From Octopus vulgaris (Eukaryota), in NCBI GenBank assembly GCA_951406725.2, contig OX597823.1, forward strand, positions 77,314,001 to 77,378,000: DNA of 64,000 bases, given 5' to 3'. Shown piece by piece: positions 38,994-51,932 of this stretch. Under the pieces are notes generated by a model. It saw nothing but the letters and a program-made list of their open reading frames with translations. It had not been told where the DNA came from and made no database searches. How positions within the stretch are numbered: the stretch's first letter is position 1; each line of letters starts with the position of its first letter. Both the position numbers and the translations under genes were made by a program.

Positions 38994-39674
38994 TTAAATT
39001 TAAATGTTGAGTGAATCTAACAGCTTTTGTGTGTTTTGAAATGGCTTATAAACACCTTCCATGCTGCAATTGTTTTTGTTTCAGCACACAATCTCAGATT
39101 AAGCCATTTGCTATGCAAGTACATCTCCATAATATATCTATCTATATATATATATATACACATACACATGCATACACAGGCATGACAGATACAAATATAT
39201 ATATATATATATATATGCATACAGAGACATGACAGAAGTATTTAAGTCTGAAATTATACATTCAACTTATTTATTAATTGTTATTGTGTGAACATTTAAT
39301 ATTTAGTAGACATGCATTTTTCATTTTTCAATGCATGGACCCTTTCAGGTATGTTACTGATCAGATGATGAATATTCTCTTGTACAATTTCTTGCTAAGT
39401 TTCTTGCACTAATCTCAAATGATCTGGCTTTAAAGATGCTTTCTTGTTCTTTTTATGAAGTGTCCTGTCCATTTTGCCACAGAGATGTTCAATACCTGCT
39501 TGCCACCTTACATAAAGCTATAGATAATAGTCTATAAATATTGGAATGAAAAATTCCTTTTGAACAGAAAATGCAGAAAGTTGTCTCTGACTTTTTCTAT
39601 CCAAAATGGCTTTTCAAATCCAATATTTCCATACTCTTATTCACAGCTTTATGTGGATGCTTCAAGATGTTTAA

Positions 39675-40300
39675 CCCTTTAGCATTCAGATTACTCTGGG
39701 AAAAGATTGTGTGGTAAGTAGCTTGCTTATCAACCACATGGTTCCAGGTTCATTCCCACTGCGTGGCACCTTGGGCAAGTAACTTCTACTATAGCCTCGG
39801 GCCGACCAAAGCCTTGTGAGGGGATTTGGTAAATGGAAACTGAAAGAAGCCCGTCGTATATATGTATATGTGTATGTGTGTGTATATGTTTGTGTGTGTG
39901 CATATATTTTTGTGTGTCTGTGTTTGTCCCACCCAGCATCGCTCGACAACCAATGGTGGTGTGTTTACGTCCCTGTAACTTAGTGGTTCGGCAAAAGAGA
40001 CCGATAGAATAAGTACTAGGCTTCCAAAAACTTGTTTGACTAAAGGCGGTGCTCCAGCATGGCCGCAGTCAAATGACTGACACAAGTAAAAAAAAAGAAA
40101 ATGTGTAAATGTAATGCTTCTTTATTCCCAATGGTTTGACTTAATTGTGCATTGTCTTGTAGCTTAAAGATTTCAATTATGAAATTGTATATTTTTAGAA
40201 TGATATTATAGGGTAGGTGCAAGCGGCCAGACCTGTCCAGGTTGAACATAAAACAGGTAAAATGTTTTGGCCAGATATGACCTGATTAAATACTAAAGGG
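39675..40300. mobile_element. TTAA-type MITE split by a family A SINE (39705-40100)
   Basis: ttaa|ccctttagcatt ... aatactaaaggg|ttaa. Confidence 0.8.
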
Positions 40301-40444
40301 TTAAAAAAGAATGAAAAAAAATTCATTCATTTTGTTGAGTCTTGGGAGAGTCATTACAACAATAATAACACATACACTGGTTCAGTTTCCCTTCTTTATT
40401 GTTAGTCAATTGTTTACATATCTAACCAACTAACAAATCAATTT

Positions 40445-40968
40445 TTCATTTTGGGATTTGGTTTGCAAGATTCTTTATTTGAGTTCGTGTGTTGAAGCAT
40501 ATTCTGTTGTGTCTGGAGAGAGTCATTTTCTTTTTGTGCCTTATATTAAATACATTATATACATACATATATATATATACACTCACCGGTAGAATTTCCA
40601 CTTATTCCTTATTTTTGGTTTCCTAAAATTTTCGTTGCATCTTGCAACCTTTTCAATAATCTTGACTCTGTCTGTTATTTACACAGCGTTCCTTTTTGCT
40701 TGTTTGTGCGCATGTGTGTGGGTCAGTGTGTGTGTGTGCCTATGCATGCATGCATGTACGTATGTATGTGTGTATGTATGTATGCATGTATATGTATGTA
40801 TATATGTGTGTATGCATCTGTAAATATGTATGTATGTGTGCATCTGTATGTATGTATCCTGCATATGCATGTGCTTGCATGTCTGTGTTTGTGTATTTTC
40901 TATGTATTTTACCAGTGAGTGTGTTACATAATAAGGCACAAAAAGAAAATGACTCTCCCAAGACACAA
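40445..40968 (-). mobile_element. U3-A8 hammerhead family repeat with a partial inverted copy
   Basis: Motif at 40623-40659 reads UUA UUGAAAA G GUUGC-AAGAU-GCAAC GAAA AU UU UAG; inverted tail piece at 40908-40968. Confidence 0.65.
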
Positions 40969-41039
40969 GAAATCAATTGTTTTCTTAATTAATTCATGTT
41001 CTCAAATGTTTATAATATTTTAATAACTTCAAAAGTTAA

Positions 41040-41486
41040 CCCTTTTAATACCAAGCTACCTGAGATGACCCCTGGTTTTCTTATATACAAATCTATTGAT
41101 TTAAAGTTTATCTAAATTAAAATGCTTCCACAAAATTTCCTGTCAGTCTATTTTCCAAGCACCAGCTTAACCCTTTCATTGCCATATTTATTTTGAGATG
41201 CTTTGTGCTTCTTTCAATTAATTTTTAATATAAATAAGAAATAGTCACATAACTTATTTTTCATTAAGCGAATGTTAAGAAGATAAATTGTGACTAAGGT
41301 TTGATGGAAGATTTTAATTCAAAAATTCATGAAAACAAGACATTTATACTATAGAGACAGAGGTGTTTTCAACCAGGTTTGTATTGAATAGATTAATGAA
41401 GACAACGTTGTAATACTAAATTCTTCATTATTTTAAAATTAACTTAAACATAATCAGTGTAATTTATTAATTCAGTATCAAAAGGG
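41040..41486. mobile_element. TTAA MITE containing a related MITE (41171-41392) in opposite orientation
   Basis: Outer TIRs cccttttaatac / gtatcaaaaggg; the inner copy matches 10003-10222 and is bounded by ttaa. Confidence 0.7.
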
Positions 41487-41511
41487 ATAAGTTATTTTCA
41501 TAAACTGCTCA

Positions 41512-41735
41512 TCATCAACATCATCGTTTAATGTCTGTTTTCTATGCTGGCATGGGTTGGATGGTTCAAATTGGGTCTGGGAAGCCAGAAGGCTGCACCA
41601 AGCTCCAGTCTGATCTGGCAGTGTTTCTACAGCTGGATGCCCTTCCTAACGCCAACCACTCCGAGAGCGTAGGAGGTGCTTTTTACATGCCACCGGCACA
41701 GGGGCCAGAGGGGGCTGGCATCGACTATGTTTGGA
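41512..41735 (-). mobile_element. SINE-like family C
   Basis: gctggatgcccttcctaacgccaaccactc and a (cat)n end. Confidence 0.8.
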
Positions 41736-41989
41736 TGGTAGTCACGATGGGTATACTAGGCTTTGTATATCTTACCCCTGTGTCATACTTTGATGGCATG
41801 CTCTGCTGTAGCCTCTCAAGCTGATCAAAGCCTAGAGAGGAGATTTGGTAGGCGGAAAATGAAAGGAGTCCATCATGCAACTTTGGTTACTCTTACTCCG
41901 TGGAGGGGAGAGGGGTAGAGTAGGGGGAGCAGGGTGTTTCTCTCTACTATTATAGTAATAGTCACATGCACTAGTTTCTTGCTGCTTTT

Positions 41990-42044
41990 GATGCTGCTGC
42001 TGCTAACTACACTATCATCGATGCTGTTGCTGCTGCTGCTGCTG

Positions 42045-42089
<45 letters not shown>

Positions 42090-42410
42090 TCATGAATGTT
42101 CTTACTCCTACAGCTATATCCATTACTACTACCTACCTACTACTACTACTGCTGCTGCTGTTGCAAACTATACTATCATCGATGCTGTTACTGCTGCTGC
42201 TACTACTACTACTAGTACTACTACCATCACTATCATAGATGTTGTTACTCCTACAACTATATTCACTACTACTACTATCACTACTACTACTACTACTGCT
42301 GCTGCTACTAACTACACTATCATTGATACTGCTGCTGCTGTTGCTACTACTACAACTACTACTACAACTACTACTACTACTACTTCTACTACTACAACAA
42401 TCACTATCAC
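41990..42410. repeat. Compound (CTA/CTG)n tract
   Basis: Direct inspection. Confidence 0.9.
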
Positions 42411-42641
42411 TATATATATATATATATATGCTGGTGGCACATGAAAATCTCCCAGCACACTCTGTTTAAGTGGTTGGCATATTAGGAAGGGCATCTAGCA
42501 GTAGAAATCATGGTGAAACAGAAAGTTGAAGTCCGGAAAGCTCCCAGCTGACCAGTTCCATGTCAAACCTTCTAACCCATGCCAGCAAGGAAAGTAGATG
42601 TAAAACAATGACAATGATGATGACATTATATATATGTGTGT

Positions 42642-43350
42642 AGGCACTGGAGTCGGTGTGTGTTAAGTAGCTTGTTTACCAACCACATGGTTCCAGGTTC
42701 AGTTCCACTGCATGGTACCTTGGGCAAGTGTCTTTTGCTATAGCCTTGGGCCAACCAAAGCCTTGTGAGTGGATTTGGTTGACAGAAACTGAAAGAAGCC
42801 CATCGTATATATATATATATGTGTGTATGTGTGTGTGTGTGTGTTTGTGTGTATGTGTTTGTCACCCTCCCAACATCGCTTGACAACCGATGGTGGTGTG
42901 TTTACGTCCTCGTAACTTAGTGGTTCGGCAAAAGCAACTGATAGAATGAGTACTAGGCTTACAAAGAATAAGTCCTGGGGTCGACTTGCTCGACTAAAGG
43001 CGGTGCTCCAGCATGGCCACAGTCACATGACTGAGACAAGTAAAAGAGAGTAGGGAGTATATGTGTGTGTGTGTGTGTGTATGTGTCTTTGTGTCTGTGT
43101 TTGCCCCCTATCACTGCTTGCTAGCCAACCGGTGTTGGTTCGTTTACATTCCTATGACTTAGCAGTTTAGCAAAAAATCCCCCACAAAATACAAATGAAA
43201 ACCTATAGAATAAGTACCAGGCTTTACAAAAAAAAGAAACAAAAAATAGCAGTAAGTACTGTAGTTGAGTCATTCAAGTAAAATTCCTGAAGGTGATACC
43301 CCAGCATGGTCGCAGGTCTAATGACTGAAACAGGTAAAAGATAAAAGGAT
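42642..43350 (+). mobile_element. SINE family A plus a second, diverged tail
   Basis: Full copy to ~43057; extra 3' half at 43085-43350. Confidence 0.8.
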
Positions 43351-43535
43351 GAATGAGTAAGAGGAGAGGGGGAAGGAAGAGGGGGGGGGGTTAGTAATGG
43401 CATCAGGTTATCAATGGCTCTCTTGATCCACTCATTCACTAAAGATTCCTTCAGCCTACCTTTTACCCTTAACCATCTAAACTGAAACAGCTGTTTCCCC
43501 CCTCCACCTTCCTATCGACCACTCCCACTCCCACA

Positions 43536-44083
43536 AACAAACACACACACATACACACACACACACACACACAAACACATACACACACACACACACACAC
43601 ATACACACATGCTTGTTGTCAGCAGTCACCACCACCGTAGTTACACCACCACTGCCACCACCATCACCATCACTACTACCACTATCATCACCACAACCAT
43701 CACCACCTTCACCACCACCACTACCACCACCACCACCACTACTACCAACACCACCACTACCATTACCACCACCACTACCACCACCATAACCACCACCACT
43801 ACCACTATTAATATCTCCACCACCACCACCACCACCACTACCATCGCCACTATCACCATTACCACTGCCACCACTACCACCACCACCAACACCACCGGCA
43901 TCACTACCACCATCACCACCACCACCACCACCACCACCACCATTAACACCGCCACCACTACCATCACTACCACGACCGCCACCACCACTGCCATTACCAC
44001 CACCAGCACCACCTCACACACAGACAAGCAGACTTTGGCTGGTCCCTCACTTTTAGCCCGCTTCCTTTGAGATCCATCATTAA

Positions 44084-44129
<46 letters not shown>

Positions 44130-44390
44130 GTCTGCAGCCAGCAGCCAGCAGCCACACCTGCAACTTTGCTTACTCTTACTCCATAATGGGGTGGGGCAGA
44201 GATGGAGGTTCTTTCTACTATTATAGTAATACATTTACATGCACTAATTTGTTGCTGCTGCTGCTGCTGCTGCTGCATTTACCTGTGCCAGGGTTACTAG
44301 TACTGCTGCTGCTACTATTACAACTATATCCACTACTACCACTATTACTGCTGCTACTACTACTACTATTGCTACTACTACTACTACTAC

Positions 44391-44459
<69 letters not shown>

Positions 44460-44503
44460 CACCACCACCACCACCACCACTACTACTACCACCACCACCA
44501 TCG

Positions 44504-44567
<64 letters not shown>

Positions 44568-44745
44568 CTACTATTACTACTGCTGCTGCTGCTACAAGTA
44601 CCATTCTTACTACTACTACTGCTGCTGCTACTGCTGCTACAACTACCATTCTTACTAGTACTACTATTACTACTGATACTGCTACCACCACCACTATCAC
44701 CACCACTGCTGCTGCTGCTGTTCAACTATATTCCAAGCTGCTACC
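43536..44745. repeat. (CA)n, (CAC)n, (TTA)n and (CTA)n compound microsatellite block
   Basis: Direct inspection; it explains the poly-T/V/L/S ORFs in the track. Confidence 0.9.
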
Positions 44746-45072
44746 ACACTTATAGTATTAAATTTCCTTCCCTGATAACTTAGCCCCTTTTCTCATTAGG
44801 TTTCTCAACTCATACCTTATTTCAACACATATTACTAACCATTTTAAACCCTCCGATAAGATTACATACCACTCCCTAGTCAGTGCACTCTCACCCACCT
44901 TCCTCTCTCTCTCTTCTCTCTCTCTCTCTTTACCATTTCAAATACCTCTCAGTATGCACTTGTGTGGTAATGTGAGCATGTGAGTGTGTGTGTATTTATG
45001 CAGCTGTGTGTATGTGGGTGTATGGGTATGTGTGTGTGTGTGTATATATATATATACATATACATACACACC

Positions 45073-45104
<32 letters not shown>

Positions 45105-45208
45105 GTATACACACACACACTTATATACATACATATATATATATATACATATATACATATATATATACACATATATATATATACATATACACATATACAC
45201 ATATATAC

Positions 45209-45250
<42 letters not shown>

Positions 45251-45260
45251 TTATTTCATC

Positions 45261-45369
45261 TTTGGCTAAGAATAAACTACTGTTCCTAGCTTTCACTGAT
45301 TTCAAGAAGGCATTTGACAGAGTACCATGTTCTGTAATTTCATGGTCAGTGAGATAAGTAGGTGTTGAT
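45261..45369 (+). mobile_element. LINE reverse transcriptase sliver, RTE-like
   Basis: [35 protein letters not shown] matches the FxDxxKAFDRV motif. Confidence 0.75.
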
Positions 45370-45792
45370 AAAGGGTGATGATGAGTATGGTGATAACGAC
45401 GGCAATGGTGATGGTGGTGGTGGCGGTGGTCGTCGTCGTCATTGTCATGGTGGTGGTAGTGGCGGCGGCGGCGGCGGCGGCAGCGGTCGTTGTCGTCATG
45501 GTGGTGGTAATGATAATAAACTTTTTCTTGTGGAGGTTTTCACCAATCGGTGGATTACCTCATGCTCATGTCTATATAGATGTAACATCAAAGCAGATTT
45601 AGATTCACAAACAAAGGGACAATCCTAGCAAATCCCAACATGGTCAAAACAAACTGGTAACAAGTTTAGTTTGAATTGTTCTTACACTGCCCTGTTTTCT
45701 CTTTGTTTCTCTGATCTTAATATATTCCTTCCTCGGTTTCCTATCCTGCACCATTCTTTCAGTAAGTATCGTATTTGAAGGCCGTTAAGACT

Positions 45793-46210
45793 CTCTTTAC
45801 TCTTTTACTCTTTTACTTGTTTCAGTCATTTGACTGCGGCCATGCTGGAGCACCGCCTTTAGTCGAGCAAATCAACCCCGGGACTTATTCTTTGTAAGCC
45901 CAGTACTTATTCTATCGGTCTCTTTTGCCGAACCGCTAGGTGACGGGGACGTAAACACACCAGCATCGGTTGTCAAGCAATGCTAGGGGGACAAACACAG
46001 ACACACAAACATATACACACACACTTATATATATATACACATATATACGACGGGCTTCTTTCAGTTTCCGTCTACCAAATCCACTCACAAGGCATTGGTC
46101 AGCCCGGGGCTATAGCAGAAGACACTTGCCCAAGTTGCCACGCAGTGGGACTGAACCCGGAACCATGTGGTTGGTTAGCAAGCTACTTACCACACAGCCA
46201 CTCCTGCACC
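45793..46210 (-). mobile_element. SINE family A
   Basis: CpG-rich, well-conserved copy. Confidence 0.9.
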
Positions 46211-46345
46211 TTTTTTACCCAAAATTAGCTTTAAAAACTCTTGCATCTGTTGCTGCTTTGGTGACCCAGTCGTTAAGGGTGTTTAGAAGTAGTAACATAA
46301 CACAGAAGTGGAGGTTTCAAATCTCTGCTAGGAATTACAAACTAG

Positions 46346-46456
46346 GTACAGGTGTGGCTGTGTGGTAAGTAGCTTGCTTACCAACCACTTACTATAGTCT
46401 TCTACTTGTGAGTGGATTTGGAAGACAGAAACTGAAAGAAGCCTGTTGTATATATG

Positions 46457-46494
<38 letters not shown>

Positions 46495-46684
46495 TGTGTT
46501 TGTCCCCTCCAACATCGCTTGACAACCGATGCTGGTGTGTTTACATCCCCGTAACTTAGAGGTTCGGCAAAAGAGACCAATAAAATAAGTACTTGGCTTC
46601 CAAAGAAAAAGTCCTAGGGTTGATTTGCTCATCTAAAGGCAGTGCTCCAGCATGGCCGCAGTCAAGTGACTGAAAGAAGTAAAG
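46346..46684 (+). mobile_element. SINE family A with deletions in the head
   Basis: Aligns with other family A copies. Confidence 0.8.
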
Positions 46685-47047
46685 TGTAGGCTCAAAACTC
46701 ACTCAAAACTGTATGTATGTTTACAAAATATGTGCTGCCATCTATTGGTGAACAATCACCTCCGGCATGTTTATATCGAATTATAAGCAATAAATTGCCT
46801 ATAATTACAGGTAATAACAAAAAGTTATACAGGTAAGTGGAGGAATTAAAACATTATTTTAGTGGCAATTTATTTTACAAAAGTATAGCCTAGGCTAGGG
46901 TGCGTCCAATGTACTAGTGGCTCTTATAAGCCATCAAATACAATATATTTGATTCAGTTAAATCCAGTTTTGGTTTATTGGTGTATTATATGATTTTATT
47001 TTCATATCATAAAGAAGGTTTCCCAAAATTTTGTGTGCCATCATATT

Positions 47048-47283
47048 TTTCTTTCTTTACTACCCACAAGGGGCTAAACACATAGGGGGCAAACAAGGGC
47101 AGACAAACGGATTAAGTCGATTACATCGACCCCCAGTGCGTAACTGGTACTTACTTTATCGACCCCGAAAGGATGAAAGGCAAAGTCGACCTCGGCGGAA
47201 TTTGAACTCAGAACGTAACGGCAGACGAAATACGGCTACGCATTTCGCCCGGTGTACTACCGTTTTTGCCAACTCGCCGCCAA
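47048..47283 (-). mobile_element. SINE family B
   Basis: Exact 14-bp TSD tgtgccatcatatt at 47034-47047 and 47284-47297. Confidence 0.9.
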
Positions 47284-47490
47284 TGTGCCATCATATTGTT
47301 GGCTGTTTAGGTTAGCTTTGGGATGATTTTCTTAGCTTATTCAAGTTCCATGACCAATCCACCTCTAAAATGGATTGGTAATGTAATTTGAATAAGTGTA
47401 ATTATTCCAATAAGTGTAGTTATTCTAAGCAGCTACATTTCTTTCTGAAAATAATCCATATTGCAGGCTTTATCCCCTAATTTTGCACAA

Positions 47491-48308
47491 TGCATAGGAG
47501 TGGCTCTGTGGTAAGTAGCTTGCTTACCAACCTCATAGTTTTGGTTTCAGTCCCACTGTGGGGCACCTTGGGCTAGTGTCTTCTACTATAGCCTCAGACT
47601 GACCAAAGCCTTGTGAGTGGATTTGGTAGACGGAGACTGAAAGAAGCCTGTCATATATGTGTGTGTATATGTTTGTATGTGTATATGTTTCTGTGTCTGT
47701 GTTTGTCCCCCCCCACCACCAATGCTGGTGTGTTTATGTCCCCGTAACTTAGCGGTTCAGCGAGAGACAGATAGAACAAGTACTAGGCTTACAAAGAACA
47801 AGTCCTCGGGTCGATTTGCTCGACTAAAAGATGGTGCTCCAGCATGGCCACAGTCAAATGACTGAAACAATTAAAAGAGGAAAAGAGTAAGAGTAAAGAG
47901 AGTAAGGCTTTATCTAAGAAACCTGAACAAGGCTGTGTGGTAAGAAGCTTGCTTCCCAACCACATGGTTCCAGGTTCAGTTTCACGGCATGGCACCTCAG
48001 GCAAGTGTCTTCTACAATAGCCTTGGGCCAACCAAAGCCTTGTGTATGGATTTTGATAGATGGAAACTGAAAGAAGCCTATTGTGTGTGTTTGTGTCAGT
48101 TTTTGCACCCCCACCCCACTGCTTGACAACAGGTGTTGTTTTGTTTATATCCCTGAACCCTAGCGATTCAGCAAAAAGTGACAGATAGAATAAGTACCAA
48201 GCTTAGAAAATAGACAACTGGGGTTGGTTCATTTGACCAACAGTTCTTCAAGGTGGTGCCCCAGCATGGCCATAGTCTAATGACTGAAGCAGATCAAGAT
48301 AAAAGAAA
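47491..48308 (+). mobile_element. Two consecutive family A SINEs
   Basis: Copies at 47491-47903 and 47931-48308. Confidence 0.85.
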
Positions 48309-48574
48309 TAATTATCGAAAGCATATTATTGATCAATATGGGATCTTAATAAAAAGTTCTTAGAAGTTTCAATTAGAATAGATTACAGCAACATAATTGG
48401 CCCGTGGGAAAATCAATGCACCAAACCCCTAAAATATTTATTGAAAACAGCAGCAAAATACTAACATTAGTATTGGGTCCCTAGACCTGGACAGCTCCAG
48501 TGCACATATATGTTAGGACAGCACTGATCACATCCCAATATACATCAATTCTGTTTTCAAAACAATATCTTTTT

Positions 48575-48674
48575 CATTATTTACATTCGACGGATGAGGA
48601 TAAATATCTGTCGAATGTAAATAATGTAAATAATGTAATGTATATAATTCCTCATCTCTTAAATATAAAACTGT
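48575..48674. mobile_element. Tail-only inverted remnant of the 32745-33050 family
   Basis: cattatttacattcgacggat is inverted against atctgtcgaatgtaaataatg; ends aattcctcatctcttaaatataaaactgt. Confidence 0.7.
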
Positions 48675-48687
48675 AACATCTTTTTCC

Positions 48688-49116
48688 CTTTCGACTCTAG
48701 GCACTAAGCCCGATATTTTGAAAGAGGAGGCCAGTCGATTAGATCAACCACAGTATGCAACTGGTACTTAATTTATTGACCCCGAAAAGATGGAAGGCAA
48801 AATCGACCTTGGCGGAATTTGAACTCAGAATGTTAAGACAGATGAAATACTGCTAAGCATTTCGCCTGGCATGCTAACGTTTCTTATTTCTTTATTGTCC
48901 ACAAGGAGCTAAACATAGAGGAGACAAACAAGGACAGACAAACGGATTAAGTCAATTACATCAACCCCAGTGCATAACTGGTACTTAATTTATTGACCCC
49001 GAAAGGATGAAAGGCAAAATCGACCTTGGTGGAATTTGAACTCAGAACGTAAAGACAGACAAAATACTGCTAAGCATTTCGCCCAGCATGCTAACGTTTC
49101 TGCCAGCTCGCCGCCT
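48688..49116 (-). mobile_element. Dimeric SINE family B (B1 tail then B2 tail)
   Basis: Two units inside one exact 14-bp TSD taacatctttttcc at 48674-48687 and 49117-49130. Confidence 0.85.
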
Positions 49117-49689
49117 TAACATCTTTTTCCATTCCAGTCATGCTGTTGTAATTTACCAAAGAAGGCTGCTGCATTATTAATCTATATATCTTCTCATCAT
49201 GCAGGTGAGCATTTGCATTAACCCTTTATGTTTAAACCTGACATATCCAGCCAAAATATTCTGCCTGTTTTATCTTCAAACTGGTCAGGTATCGCCTTTC
49301 ATAGCTACCTTATTGTGTCATTTTAAATATGATACAATCATATCATTGAAATCTCAAAGCCATGTAATAATACAGGATTAATTTTAAATGATGTGAATAC
49401 ATAAGCCTTGAAGAATTTAACAGAATAACCTGAATGCTATACAAATTGTAAAAGTTTTATATATTTTAAGTCATGACCATCCACTCGTATGTGATTTATT
49501 GGCAAAATATCAGCAGATTAGATGAGTTTTATTCCGTTTTTGTTTGTGCTTTTTTTAGTTCATTAGTTGATATAAGATAGCGAATTACTTAAGTTTTCTG
49601 TAACACTTCTGTTACCATAGATCTATAAAACAGCATTGCCTTTGTTTCATTTAAACTTGAAAATACCAGGAATTTATTAAAATAATCTT

Positions 49690-50705
49690 GGTTGTGTGGT
49701 GAGAAATTTGCATCACAACTACATGGTTCCAGGCTCAGTCCTGCTGCATAGCACCTTGAGCAAGTGTCTTTGAGTATGGACTCAGGCCAGTTGAAGCCTT
49801 GTGAGTGGATTTGATAAACAGAAATTGAAAGAAGCCCATCATGTGTGTGTGTGTGTGTCTTGGTATCTGAGGATGACCCACAACACTGATTGATAATTGG
49901 TGTTGTGTTTATGTCTCTGTAACTAAGCAGTTTGGCAAGACAGACCAACAAAATAAAAATATATAAATTTAGTCCTGGGGTTGAATTATGTGGCAAAAAT
50001 TCTTCTAGCTGGTGCCACAGCATGACTGCAGTCTAATGACAGAAACAAGTAAAAGATGAACGATAATTAAGCTTTTTATTTTGAACATAAGTTTACCTGC
50101 AATTTTAATGGAACCTTTAAATTAGAACATTTTAAAACAGAAGGGATGTATCATAGAATCAGGAGCAGTCTCAGGTAGGTTGGTATCAAAACTTGTATAG
50201 TGAGACTGAATACCCCCAAAACATTCAAGAAATTTTCAACAAGTTTATAGGCACAGGTATGTCTGTGTTATGAGAGATTTGCTTCCTAATCATATGGCTC
50301 CGAGTTCGGTCCCACTGCATGGTACCTTGAGCAAGTGACTTCTTTTATAGCCTCAGGCTGACAAAGACTTGTGAGTGGATTTTGTGATTGCAAATCAAAA
50401 AAAGCCCATTGTAGGTGGGTGTGTGTGTGTTTGGGTGTGTGTGTATGTGTGTGTGTCCGTGTCTGTGTCAGTGTGTCTTTGTGTCAGTGCTTGTTCCACC
50501 CGCCTCCACTGCTTGACAACCAGTGTTGGTATGTTTACAACCCTGTAATTTAGCAGTTCCACCAAAAGAAACTGATCGAATAAGTACTAAGCTTAAAAAA
50601 TAAGTCCTGGGAATGAGGTCGATCTGTTCAACTAAAATCCTTCAAGATGGTGCTCTAGCATTGCCACAGTCAAATAACTGAAACAAATACGAAAAAAAAA
50701 AAAAA
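49690..50705 (+). mobile_element. Two diverged family A SINEs with a TTAA-MITE relic between them
   Basis: Copies at 49690-50060 and 50249-50705. Confidence 0.7.
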
Positions 50706-51401
50706 GCAAATGGGAAAGTAATTAAGCTTCTTGAAAACATCCCCGATATGCTATTCATTTCCTCACCATTAAACGGCACATCAAAAATATCTTTTGCACA
50801 ATTTAGTGTTCTTGCCTTGAATCTCCAATAATTATACAATCCTTCCTTAGTACAATATAGTACAATAGTGCAATTGGAATCCATTGCCAAATACTTCAAT
50901 AATGTAATCAAACACAAGAAATAAAAAACAAACAAACAAAGCAAGAACCAAAACACTTTATTGTTTTGTACTTTTACCGACTTTGGAAGATTCATGTGAT
51001 TCTGTGATTCTTCAGTTGAGATAACAGGGGATCTGATATTGTTTTCAAAGTGTGATAGTGATGTTATCTCTGGCAATCTGACCTAAAGGAGCTATCTGAG
51101 AATGAGGTGTAAATCGTTTTTACAAGTTGAATAATCCATGTATAGGAAAACGAGCAAAACATATTGTCTTCACAAAATTCTTTCATGGTTTGTACTTTTA
51201 TCCTTTCAGTCTTTTATTTGTTTCAGTCATTTGACTGTGGCCATGCTGAAGCACTGCTTTTAGTCTCGAACAAATCGACCTCAGAACTTATTCTTTGTAA
51301 GCCTAGTGCTTATTCTATGGGTCTCTTTTGCTGAACCACTAAGTTACAGGGACAAACACACCAACATCTGCCTGGACGCCCATCTCCAATGTTACTCCTC
51401 T

Positions 51402-51932
51402 CTATTTTCCTCCTTCCGTTGTCGTAGCCTGGAGAATTTTCACTTTCTCTTCATTACCAAGGAGGACGGCTGCCACGATCCACGCTGTTTCTACATCTGG
51501 CAGGATTCCTTCTACCCTGATCATGGATGTTCTCCTGCCAAGATACGTGGGTAGAAGGAATACTTTGTCCATTTTTATCGTCTTCACAGCCATCCTCCTT
51601 GCAATTTCTTCCAACCTAAATTGGACAACTACTGTCCCATATTTGTTTCCTCTTGTGAGGAATATCACTTCTTCCGTTGTTGTTCTTAGTGCTTCCTCAA
51701 CAGTTTCAATTCCTACTAAGTCCACCTTACTTTTTTCCACCGCAAACACTCTGTATATTATTGTTCTCCTTTCAATATTTTTCATTATTTTCTTTGGTGG
51801 CAACAACTCAGCATCACCACCCACCTTTTCCATCATTATTTGGTAATATGACATGTTTGATAAATCTACTTCTTTACTTCTTGGTTCCATTGCCATCGCA
51901 TAAGTGGTCCTTTCTTTCAGTGCCTCATCCAT
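51402..51932 (-). CDS. Probable LINE ORF1 N-terminal fragment (Tx1/L1-like, RRM-type)
   Basis: 176-aa ORF of normal complexity with TYAMA and LLPTYLGRRTSMIRVEGILP; abuts a truncated SINE A tail at 51195-51368. Clade is inferred. Confidence 0.55.
   Translation of the reverse strand: MDEALKERTTYAMAMEPRSKEVDLSNMSYYQIMMEKVGGDAELLPPKKIMKNIERRTIIYRVFAVEKSKVDLVGIETVEEALRTTTEEVIFLTRGNKYGTVVVQFRLEEIARRMAVKTIKMDKVFLLPTYLGRRTSMIRVEGILPDVETAWIVAAVLLGNEEKVKILQATTTEGGK

Larger units (their letters stand above)
38799..39135. mobile_element. Palindromic pLTR-like element in (TA)n, G3-C8 hammerhead family
   Basis: 133-bp inverted arms spanning 38799-39067 around a 3-nt spacer, with a one-sided extension; single-arm homologue at 59856-60062. 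Confidence 0.75.

Noticed and set aside
43609-44755. Poly-Thr, Val, Leu and Ser/Gly ORFs
   Set aside because: Microsatellite translations.
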